DNA of 38,127 nt from an uncultured Gammaproteobacteria bacterium (GTDB lineage Bacteria; Patescibacteriota; Microgenomatia; Levybacterales; UBA12049). Positions 8,677 through 16,652 of this stretch are shown here, piece by piece. Made by a program: the position numbers and the translations under genes. Within the stretch, counting starts at the first letter, position 1, and each line of letters opens with the position of its first letter. Under the pieces are notes generated by a model. The model was not told the origin of the DNA, made no database searches, and saw only the letters and a list, made by a program, of their open reading frames with translations. Where the stretch lies: positions 1-38,127 of the forward strand of contig CAYYAC010000001.1 of the NCBI GenBank assembly GCA_964469995.1, given 5' to 3'.

Positions 8677-8683
8677 AAAGCTA

Positions 8684-9742
8684 ATGAAGATTGGAATTTT
8701 TGATCCCTACCTAGATGATCTAGGGGGTGGGGAAAAGTACATGGCAAGCATAGCTAGCTGTTTGTCTGATGAACATGAAGTTTCTATTTTTTGGGATAAC
8801 GCTCAAGACGTTTACGCTATTAGTAAGCGCTTCTCTATTGACTTATCAAAAGTTGCAATTAAAAAAAATATTTTTTCCAAGAATACTGGCTTATTTAAAA
8901 GACTTTTAGAAAGCAAAAAATATGACGCGTTTATTGTACTAAGTGATGGAAGTATTCCGCTTGTTGCTTGTAAGTTATTCTTGCATATTCAGCAGCCATT
9001 TGTGTCTTTGCCCGGTGGCCCAAAATTAAAACTCAAGCTTAAGAGAGTAAAAAAAATAATAGTTAATTCAGATTTTACAAAGAGCTATATTGATAAGGCA
9101 TTAGGTGTAAATAGTGTAGTTTTGTATCCTCACATCGAAATAAAAGCCAAGAAAACTAAAAAAAAGAATATTATTCTAACTGTTGGCAAATTTAGATATA
9201 AAAATACTCCCTTGGATGATTTTAAGAAACAAAAAGTAATGATTGATGCATTTAAAGAGTTAGTAAATAACGGATTGAAAGATTGGGAATTTATTATTGT
9301 TACAGGTTTTAGTAGCGAACATAAAAATGAATTTGAAAAATTAAAAGATGAAGTAGGAGAGTATCCAGTAAAATTTTTTGTAGATAAGACAAATGATAAG
9401 CTTTGGGATATTTACAGTGAAGCAAAAATTTACTGGCATGCTGCTGGTTTTGATGAAGATTTAATTTCTCACCCTGAATTCGCGGAGCATTTTGGAATAT
9501 CTACTGTTGAAGCAATGGGAGCAGGCGCAGTGCCAGTTGTAATAAGAGCAGGAGGCCAAAAGGAAATTGTAACGGATAAAAGCGGATTTCTTTGGGATAA
9601 TTTAGAAGAATTGAAGGACAAAACTGTAAAATTAATAAAAGATGATAAATTGCTCGAGAGAATATCAGCCGAAGCTGTTTTAAGAGCAGACTATTTTACA
9701 GGTGAAAGATTTTGCAGGGAACTTAAAGAAATTATTAAATGA
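8684..9742 (+). CDS. GT4 (Glycos_transf_1) retaining-type glycosyltransferase
   Basis: 352 aa. It has the EX7E motif EHFGISTVEAMGAGAVPVV and a GT-B style N-terminus MKIGIFDPYLDDLGGGEKY. Confidence 0.8.
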   Translation: MKIGIFDPYLDDLGGGEKYMASIASCLSDEHEVSIFWDNAQDVYAISKRFSIDLSKVAIKKNIFSKNTGLFKRLLESKKYDAFIVLSDGSIPLVACKLFLHIQQPFVSLPGGPKLKLKLKRVKKIIVNSDFTKSYIDKALGVNSVVLYPHIEIKAKKTKKKNIILTVGKFRYKNTPLDDFKKQKVMIDAFKELVNNGLKDWEFIIVTGFSSEHKNEFEKLKDEVGEYPVKFFVDKTNDKLWDIYSEAKIYWHAAGFDEDLISHPEFAEHFGISTVEAMGAGAVPVVIRAGGQKEIVTDKSGFLWDNLEELKDKTVKLIKDDKLLERISAEAVLRADYFTGERFCRELKEIIK

Positions 9743-11973
9743 AAAGATTTTTTCCAATAGGATTTATTTTTTTAGTTGTAGTTATATTCTTTTGGCAATT
9801 TTTATTTAAGGGATTGCTTCCTATTCCATCTGATACTATTATTGGACTTTATAATCCTTTTAGAGATTATTATGCGAAGGATTATCCGCGCGGAATACCA
9901 TTCAAAAATTTCCTTATTACAGATCCAGTCAGGCAGCAATATCCATGGAAAAAGCTTGTTATTTCTGCTGAAAAAAAACTTCAGCTCCCTCTTTGGAATC
10001 CATACAATTTTGCAGGGACCCCTTTACTTGCAAACTTTCAGTCAGGAGCTTTTTATCCGTTAAACATATTATTCTTTATTTTTCCTTTTAATTTTTCATG
10101 GGGTTTGCTTATATTTTTAAGTCCTCTTTTGTGTGGATTATTTACCTATTTTTATCTTTCGCAATTAAGACTTTCTAGAACGGCATCTTTACTTGGGGCA
10201 ATTTCCTTTGCATTTTGCGGATTTTCAATTGCTTGGCTTGAGTGGGGAGTTATTATTCATACTGCATTATGGTTTCCCCTAATACTTTTATCTATAGATA
10301 AAATTTTAGATTCAAGAAGAAACTTTTCTATATGGAATTTAGTTTTGACGGCTGCTTTATCTTGTTCTATGTTTGCAGGTCATCTTCAGACTTTTTTTTA
10401 TGTTTTACTTTTCTCTTTATTCTATTTGGTGTTCAATTTGAGAGAGTCAATAAAATATAAAAAATTAATATTCGTAGCATTATCCTTGTTAATTTTTATA
10501 ATAATTACATCAATTCAGTGGATTCCTACTCTGCAATTTATTTCACGCTCAGCAAGAAATGCAGATAAAATACCTTGGCAAACAAATGGGTGGTTTATTC
10601 CATGGCAAAATTTAATTCAATTTATTGTTCCTGATTTCTTTGGTAATCCCTCAACGCTTAATTATTTTGGAGTTTGGAATTATGGAGAATTTATAGGATA
10701 TGTGGGAATTGCTCCATTAGTATTTGCTCTTTTTTCAGCTATTTTTGTAAAAAATAAAAAATCCTTTTTCTTTTTAGGTATGCTTATATTATCTTTAATT
10801 TTTGCGCTCCCTACTGTTGTTGCAAAAATTCCATTCCAGCTTGGCATCCCATTTATTAGCACGGCGCAGCCTACTAGATTAATTTTTATAATAGATTTTT
10901 CATTGAGCGTATTAGCCGCATTAGGTTTTGATTATTTCTTGAAAACAAAAAAAGGAATAGTATATCCGCTTGGAATTTCTGCTCTTCTTATTACGTCTCT
11001 TTGGATATATGTAATTTTTGTAAAAAGCGGATTAAGCTTAAACGATTTGTCTGTTGTAAAACATAATCTTATATTGCCAACGTTGATATTTTTTATTTTC
11101 TTTGTCATATCTCTCTTATACAGTTTTATAAAATACAAAAATAAAAAACTCTTTTTCAAAATATTTTCAATTTTGGTTATTCTTATAACAGCTTTTGATC
11201 TTTTGCGTTTTGGTCTTAAGTTTAATTCATTTAATCCAAACAAATATCTATTTCCATCAACTACCTCAATAGATTTTTTGCAGAAAAACATAGGAAATTA
11301 TAGAGTCATGGAAATAGACTCAAGAATTATGCCGCCAAATTTTTCTGCTGTTTATAGAATTCAAACAGTAGACGGATATGACCCCCTATATCTTCTTTCT
11401 TTCGGAAAATTAATCGCTGCTTCAGAAAGAAATCAGCCAAATATTAAATCTCCTTTTGGGTTTAATAGAATAATTGCTCCTCATAATTATTCTTCGCCCA
11501 TAATAAATTTATTAGGAGTTAAATATATTTTAAGCCTGACAGATATAAAATCTGAGAATTTTAAAAAGGTTTTTGAGGAAGGGCAAACTCAAGTATACGA
11601 AAATAAAAGTGTATTACCAAGGGCATTTTTTGTAAAAGAAGTGATTATCGCTCAAGATGATAATAAAGCAGTGAATCTTATGTTCAGCAATATAAATTCA
11701 CTTAGAGATAAGGCAATTGTTAATGCTAGCATAAAAGAAAAAGAATTTGGATTAGGAAGCGTTAATATATTGGACTATAATCCAAATATAATTCATTTGG
11801 AAACAAATAATTCCACTGAAGGATTTTTGGTGCTAACAGATTCTTTTTATCCAACATGGAAAGCAAGCGTCGATGGGAAAAAGACTACAATCTATCAGAC
11901 AGACTTAAATTTTAGAGGAATAATAATACCAAAAGGAATACATAAAATAGAATTTTATGATAGTCTCTTTTAA
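9739..11973 (+). CDS. YfhO-family GT-C membrane glycosyltransferase (second paralog)
   Basis: 744 aa, polytopic. Motifs TDPVRQQYPW, PLWNPYNFAGTPLLANFQSGAFYPLNILFFIFPF and C-terminal FYPTWKASVDGKK...KGIHKIEFY. ATGA overlap with the upstream GT4. Confidence 0.8.
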   Translation: MKRFFPIGFIFLVVVIFFWQFLFKGLLPIPSDTIIGLYNPFRDYYAKDYPRGIPFKNFLITDPVRQQYPWKKLVISAEKKLQLPLWNPYNFAGTPLLANFQSGAFYPLNILFFIFPFNFSWGLLIFLSPLLCGLFTYFYLSQLRLSRTASLLGAISFAFCGFSIAWLEWGVIIHTALWFPLILLSIDKILDSRRNFSIWNLVLTAALSCSMFAGHLQTFFYVLLFSLFYLVFNLRESIKYKKLIFVALSLLIFIIITSIQWIPTLQFISRSARNADKIPWQTNGWFIPWQNLIQFIVPDFFGNPSTLNYFGVWNYGEFIGYVGIAPLVFALFSAIFVKNKKSFFFLGMLILSLIFALPTVVAKIPFQLGIPFISTAQPTRLIFIIDFSLSVLAALGFDYFLKTKKGIVYPLGISALLITSLWIYVIFVKSGLSLNDLSVVKHNLILPTLIFFIFFVISLLYSFIKYKNKKLFFKIFSILVILITAFDLLRFGLKFNSFNPNKYLFPSTTSIDFLQKNIGNYRVMEIDSRIMPPNFSAVYRIQTVDGYDPLYLLSFGKLIAASERNQPNIKSPFGFNRIIAPHNYSSPIINLLGVKYILSLTDIKSENFKKVFEEGQTQVYENKSVLPRAFFVKEVIIAQDDNKAVNLMFSNINSLRDKAIVNASIKEKEFGLGSVNILDYNPNIIHLETNNSTEGFLVLTDSFYPTWKASVDGKKTTIYQTDLNFRGIIIPKGIHKIEFYDSLF

Positions 11974-11974
11974 T

Positions 11975-12910
11975 ATGAATATAAGCGTTGTTATACCAAA
12001 TTATAATGGAGAAAATCTTTTGCGGAAAAATCTCCCTAAAATTATAGAAGAAATGGCTTCTTATAAAAAGGGGCAAGTAGAGGTAATTGTTATTGATGAT
12101 TTTTCAAAAGACAAGAGCATAGAAGTTCTTGAAGGATTTAAAAATAAATATAAAAACTTTAAGTTTTTGGTCAACAGTAGAAACTTGGGATTTTCTTCAA
12201 CAGTAAATAATGGAGTGTCTCATGTTAGCGGCGAGATTATTCTGCTTTTAAATACTGATGTTTATCCAGAAAAAGGATTTTTGGAGCCATTGCTTTTGCA
12301 TTTTAATAATCAGGAAATATTCGCAGTAGGGTGTATGGAGAAAAGCATAGAAGGAGAAAAAATAGTTTTGAGAGGAAGAGGGATTGGAAAATGGCAAAGA
12401 GGTTTTTTGATGCATTCCAGAGGAGAAGTAGATAAAAAAGAAACATTGTGGGTAAGTTGTGGAAGCGGAGCTTTTAGAAAAAGCATATGGGACAAGATAG
12501 GTGGATTAAATAGTTTATATAACCCTTTTTATTGGGAAGATATAGACTTATCTTATAGGGCTCAAAAAGTTGGATACAAAGTTTTATTTGAGCCGGAAAG
12601 TGTTGTTTTCCATGAGCATGAAAAAGGAGCTATAAAAAATGCATATTCAGGATTTAAAATAAAGACCATAGCCTACAGAAATCAATTTATTTTTGTTTGG
12701 CTAAATGCAACAGATTTTAAAATAAGGGTAAGTCATTTAATTTATCTTCCGTACCATATAATAAAAGCCTTATTTAGAGTAGATGGAGCATTCTTTTTAG
12801 GTCTTTTTAGTGCTTTAATAATGGTGCCAAAAGTTATAAAATTGGATTTTAAGCTGCACAAGCAATTTAGAGTAAAAGACAGAGAAGTTGTCAAAAATAT
12901 CGCAATATGA
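11975..12910 (+). CDS. GT2 glycosyltransferase
   Basis: Motifs MNISVVIPNYNGENLL, VIVIDDFSKDKS, LGFSSTVNNG, LLNTDV and YWEDIDLSYRAQKVGYKVLFEPESVVFH. The ATG at 11975 lies 1 nt after the upstream stop. The track start at 11957 would overlap that gene. Confidence 0.75.
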   Translation: MNISVVIPNYNGENLLRKNLPKIIEEMASYKKGQVEVIVIDDFSKDKSIEVLEGFKNKYKNFKFLVNSRNLGFSSTVNNGVSHVSGEIILLLNTDVYPEKGFLEPLLLHFNNQEIFAVGCMEKSIEGEKIVLRGRGIGKWQRGFLMHSRGEVDKKETLWVSCGSGAFRKSIWDKIGGLNSLYNPFYWEDIDLSYRAQKVGYKVLFEPESVVFHEHEKGAIKNAYSGFKIKTIAYRNQFIFVWLNATDFKIRVSHLIYLPYHIIKALFRVDGAFFLGLFSALIMVPKVIKLDFKLHKQFRVKDREVVKNIAI

Positions 12911-13617
12911 AGTTATCCATAATTATTCCCGTTTTCAACGAAGAAAAAACAATTCAGAAAGTTCTCCAAAGAGTCATAGAGGTTAAAATACCAGGTGTAG
13001 TAAAAGAAATAATTGTTGTAGATGATGGTTCATCGGATAAAACAGCAGATAATATCCGTAGCGCAAAACTTAAAGAAATTAAATTTATAGAACACAGTGA
13101 AAATATGGGTAAGGGAGCTGCAGTAAAAACAGGCATAGAAAATGCAACAGGAGATTATATAGTAATTCAAGATGCTGATTTGGAATATGACCCTCAAGAT
13201 CTGATAAAACTAATGGAAGAGATATTGCAGGGAAGAGCAAAAGTTGTATACGGAACAAGGCTTAATCGTTTGCCTAACTTTTCCAGAGACGAAAGAAAGC
13301 CTCTTTTTATAGTTCATTACTTTGGTAATAGGTTTTTAAGTCTATTAACAAGTGTCTTATATGGCCAATGGCTTACGGATATGGAAACTTGTTATAAACT
13401 TTTTCCGGCAGTCGCAGTAAGGGGAATGAATCTTAAATCAAGAAGATTTGATTTTGAGCCTGAAATTACAACAAAGCTTTTAAAAAAAGGGTATAAAATC
13501 AAAGAAATTCCAATTACTACAAATCCGCGAGGATATGACGAAGGCAAAAAACTCCATGCGATTAAAGATGGAACAATTGCTCTTTTGACACTTATTAAAT
13601 ATAGATTTGTTGACTAA
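12907..13617 (+). CDS. GT2 glycosyltransferase, Dpm1-like polyprenyl-phosphate sugar synthase candidate
   Basis: Motifs MKLSIIIPVFNEEKTI, IIVVDDGSSDKT, NMGKGAAVKTG, IQDADLEYDP, TDMETCYKLF and FDFEPEIT. ATGA overlap with the upstream gene. A polytopic membrane gene follows directly. Confidence 0.7.
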   Translation: MKLSIIIPVFNEEKTIQKVLQRVIEVKIPGVVKEIIVVDDGSSDKTADNIRSAKLKEIKFIEHSENMGKGAAVKTGIENATGDYIVIQDADLEYDPQDLIKLMEEILQGRAKVVYGTRLNRLPNFSRDERKPLFIVHYFGNRFLSLLTSVLYGQWLTDMETCYKLFPAVAVRGMNLKSRRFDFEPEITTKLLKKGYKIKEIPITTNPRGYDEGKKLHAIKDGTIALLTLIKYRFVD

Positions 13618-13619
13618 TT

Positions 13620-14846
13620 ATGAAGAGTATAAAACTTGATTCAATTCTTCTTTTTGCGCTCCTTGTTCCTTTTATAATGAATTATAGGTTGAGTCCAGGA
13701 AATACTCCTTTTTGGCTTTTTGGATTGATATTTTCAGGACTTTTGGCATATATCTCGCTTGATATTTTATCTTTGAAAGAAAAAATTAAATTCAATTTAA
13801 AAAACATTTTATTGGTATTTCTTATTGCAGCGAGTATAGGAGCGGCGTCATATTCTGCGATTGTTGTAAGGCATCAGACTTCACCAATTTATAACATACA
13901 TGATATTATCCTTCAGCAGGAAGCTGCAATACGTTTTCTTCTTCATGGTAAAAATCCCTATGCTGTAACATATTTTGGAACACCAATGGAAAAATGGAAT
14001 TATTCTACAACAGAAATTAATCCTGCTCTATACCATTTTGTTATGCAGCCTTTTTATCTTCTTTTTGCGGTACCTTTTTATTTGATATTTGCTCATGGAG
14101 TAGGATTTTTTGATGGAAGAATTCCTCTAATGTTTTTATTCTTTTCTCTTCTTGCGTTGGCTTGGTATTTTATTAAAGATAAGCAGAAGAAACTTGAATT
14201 TGTAATTCTTTTGGCTTTCAATCCAGCAACGCTAGGTTATCTTATGGAAGGGCGAGATGACATATTTATGTTTGCTTTCTTTTTTGCTAGCTTAGTGCTT
14301 TTATATAAAAGGAAAAATTTATTATCTGCAGTTTTGATGGCTCTTGCTTTTACAGTTAAGCAGTCTGTATGGCCAATATTCCCTTTTTATTTTGCATATC
14401 TTTATTTTCAAAATAAAAACATAAAAGAGACAATAAAAGAGATTATTCCCTTTGCGATAACGTTTTCTTTAATAGTTTTACCATTTATATTTTGGAACCC
14501 AAAAGCTTTTTTTGATAGTACTATATTTTTTCTTTCAGGAAACGCAATGCATAGTTATCCAATTTCGGGGTACGGATTTGGAATGGTTCTAAGTCAGATA
14601 GGTATTATAAAAAATGTTCATTCGTATTTTCCATTTTGGATTCCACAGGTTTTAATTTGTTTGCCACTGGCAGCAACGCTTGTTATTTGGCAAAAAAAAC
14701 ACAATACAATTTTTAGACTCATTTGTTCTTATGGTTTTTTTCTTTTTGTATTTTGGTATTTTTCAAGATATTTTAATAATAGTCATCTGGGGTATTTGAC
14801 TATGGTATTTATCGTTGCTTATTTCTGGCCAAAAGAAGAAGTTTAA
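13620..14846 (+). CDS. Polytopic membrane protein, GT87/DUF2029-like GT-C candidate
   Basis: 408 aa with about 10 or more hydrophobic helices. It has the early loop motif IHDIILQQEAAIRFLLHGKNPY (acidic residue ... NPY) and EGRDDIFMFAFFFASLVLLYKRK...FTVKQ. It is paralogous to the CDS at 28743 (SFDIFNY...HENPY; SGHNDIFMMFLAI...FVKY). Confidence 0.6.
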   Translation: MKSIKLDSILLFALLVPFIMNYRLSPGNTPFWLFGLIFSGLLAYISLDILSLKEKIKFNLKNILLVFLIAASIGAASYSAIVVRHQTSPIYNIHDIILQQEAAIRFLLHGKNPYAVTYFGTPMEKWNYSTTEINPALYHFVMQPFYLLFAVPFYLIFAHGVGFFDGRIPLMFLFFSLLALAWYFIKDKQKKLEFVILLAFNPATLGYLMEGRDDIFMFAFFFASLVLLYKRKNLLSAVLMALAFTVKQSVWPIFPFYFAYLYFQNKNIKETIKEIIPFAITFSLIVLPFIFWNPKAFFDSTIFFLSGNAMHSYPISGYGFGMVLSQIGIIKNVHSYFPFWIPQVLICLPLAATLVIWQKKHNTIFRLICSYGFFLFVFWYFSRYFNNSHLGYLTMVFIVAYFWPKEEV

Positions 14847-16594
14847 TAGATAGGTCCTATCGAGTTTTTTATCTGAGTAATAGTTCCCATATTGCAATCA
14901 TTTGTTTGTTTTATGCATTCAATTGTCATATTCTTACTTCCTAAGTCTTTTATTTTTACGCTGTATCCGTCTCCAGTTAGGGTTATTATTCCTTCTTCTT
15001 CTTTTACAGTCCAGTGCTCCGGGTAAAAAAATCTATGAGAGCCAAGTGAAAATTCCTTTTTAAAGTTTGAGCCAAGATAATGTTGATAGACAGTCTTGTA
15101 GATAGGTTCGTAAGCTGGGACAAGAGACGTTTTTTGTTTTAATAAGTCAAGGGTTTGAGGAGTTTCGGAACTTTTTGTATAGAAAGCAATAATCTTAAAT
15201 TGAGTAATTTTATCTTGAGGACTTTGCCTAAGTTGAGTGTCAAGATTTGTTATATCTTTGTCTTGTATGTTTCCATAGAGCATTTTTCCAAGAGGCTGAT
15301 ATCCAAGCATATAATCAAGAGGAATAAATCCAGAAAGAAATTCTTCATCAATATTTTTAACCTGGGCATTTTTAGTTGTTTCTCTAAATGTTGATCCATA
15401 ATCCCCATATAATTTCCCTTGCATATTTAGGAAATTAAAAAAAGCATTGTTAAAAATCAAAGAGGTGCATACAAGTGTTAAAAAAACAATTAATCCAATA
15501 GCTTTAAAGGCGTACTGCTTTTTGGCAATTAGATATTCAAAGGGCATAGAAAGAAACATAAAAAGTAACGGAAGTATGATTATGTAATAATGCATGAAAG
15601 TATCAATTTTTAGAAGAAAATATATAAAAGGTAGAATGATTGAGGAATACGCAAAAAAAGAAAACTTCTTAAACTTCTTTATAAAAAGAAAAATTCCTAT
15701 TGGCAAAAGAATATATTCAAGATAGAACAAATTTCTCATTTTATATGCCAATGAAAAATCTTGAGAAAATGCTGTTATGCTGTCTCCCATTTCAAAACGG
15801 AAGTCTCCTTGAGATAGTATTTGAAAAGGCCTTTGGAAAATTTCCATATGATGAGTATTCAATTTTCCTCCGCTTGATAGGAAAGTTGTACAATCTGGGC
15901 ATTTATTTATAGCCTCATAGTTTACGTACGGTATTAGGGGGATAATGCCTATTACCGTGCCGATTAGAATATATTTTAAATTTAGTTTTACTTTGCTTAA
16001 TAAAAGAAATAAGCTTATTAAGAATATAAAAATTATGCTTGTTTGATGTAGCTGTATTAAGAAGAAAGAAGAAGCAAAATATAAAATCCAAAACTTCTGG
16101 TTTTTATCTATTAATAATTTATGAATAGATAGAAACAAAAGAACAAAAAAAGGAACAAGCAAATCCTGCATCCAGATTTTACGTGAATATATAATTGCCC
16201 AGGGGGAAATTGCCATAAAGACCGCAGTAATAAAGCCAAGCGTTTTTGAATAATAGCGTTGAATTATCAAAAAAAGAGCTGATATTGAAATAACATTCAA
16301 AAGAGCTATTAGGAAAGATATAAATCTTGGATCTTTAGAGATTAAGGCCATGGGTAGAAGTAAATAATTAAAAAGTGGAGGGTTTAGTATTCCAATACTC
16401 GAAACTGTTCCTCCTGGAGGGAAAGGGTGGTTAAATATCGGTCTGAAAGCAAGAAATAAATTTATTGCTTCGTCGGTTTTAAATTCTATTAAATCTAGGT
16501 TTGATATTCTGAAAACTGCTGCAAGTAAAAATACAAATAAGACCAAAAAACGATTGGATATTAGAGTTTTTTTGATTTTTTCTATTGTTAGCAT
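14843..16594 (-). CDS. PMT_2/ArnT-like (GT39/GT83-type) GT-C membrane glycosyltransferase with long soluble C-terminal domain
   Basis: 583 aa. Motifs LIEFKTDEAINLFLA (DE motif after TM1), GILNPPLFNYLL and ISPWAIIYSRKIWMQD. The N-terminal two thirds are polytopic and the last ~190 aa are non-hydrophobic. It is the only large gene on the minus strand. Confidence 0.75.
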   Translation of the reverse strand: MLTIEKIKKTLISNRFLVLFVFLLAAVFRISNLDLIEFKTDEAINLFLAFRPIFNHPFPPGGTVSSIGILNPPLFNYLLLPMALISKDPRFISFLIALLNVISISALFLIIQRYYSKTLGFITAVFMAISPWAIIYSRKIWMQDLLVPFFVLLFLSIHKLLIDKNQKFWILYFASSFFLIQLHQTSIIFIFLISLFLLLSKVKLNLKYILIGTVIGIIPLIPYVNYEAINKCPDCTTFLSSGGKLNTHHMEIFQRPFQILSQGDFRFEMGDSITAFSQDFSLAYKMRNLFYLEYILLPIGIFLFIKKFKKFSFFAYSSIILPFIYFLLKIDTFMHYYIIILPLLFMFLSMPFEYLIAKKQYAFKAIGLIVFLTLVCTSLIFNNAFFNFLNMQGKLYGDYGSTFRETTKNAQVKNIDEEFLSGFIPLDYMLGYQPLGKMLYGNIQDKDITNLDTQLRQSPQDKITQFKIIAFYTKSSETPQTLDLLKQKTSLVPAYEPIYKTVYQHYLGSNFKKEFSLGSHRFFYPEHWTVKEEEGIITLTGDGYSVKIKDLGSKNMTIECIKQTNDCNMGTITQIKNSIGPIY

Positions 16595-16611
16595 AACCTA
16601 TTTAAGTGAGC

Positions 16612-16617
16612 TATAAT
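16612..16617 (+). promoter_or_regulatory. Consensus -10 hexamer TATAAT upstream of the family-A gene at 16652
   Basis: A perfect TATAAT lies 35 nt upstream of the ATG. No convincing -35 and no TG extension. Confidence 0.2.
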
Positions 16618-16623
16618 AAACTT

Positions 16624-16652
16624 ATTGTAGAGATTTCTAGTGTCTTTATCAA
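16624..16652 (-). promoter_or_regulatory. Putative promoter for the minus-strand PMT_2-like gene (-35 TTGATA, 17-nt spacer, -10 TACAAT)
   Basis: Read on the minus strand: TTGATA (16652-16647), a 17-nt spacer, then TACAAT (16629-16624), with the ATG at 16594 about 29 nt downstream. Hexamer matching only. Confidence 0.3.

Noticed and set aside
8367-8747. The 126-aa long form of the minus-strand small ORF, and the + strand ORF at 8311-8529.
   Set aside because: The long form would overlap the start of the divergent GT4 gene by 64 nt, and its N-terminal extension (MPCTFPHPLDHLGRDQ...) has no membrane-protein character. The internal ATG at 8618 gives a compact two-helix protein and fits the promoter geometry. 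The 8311-8529 ORF is an out-of-frame read-through of the YfhO 3' end with a low-complexity translation.
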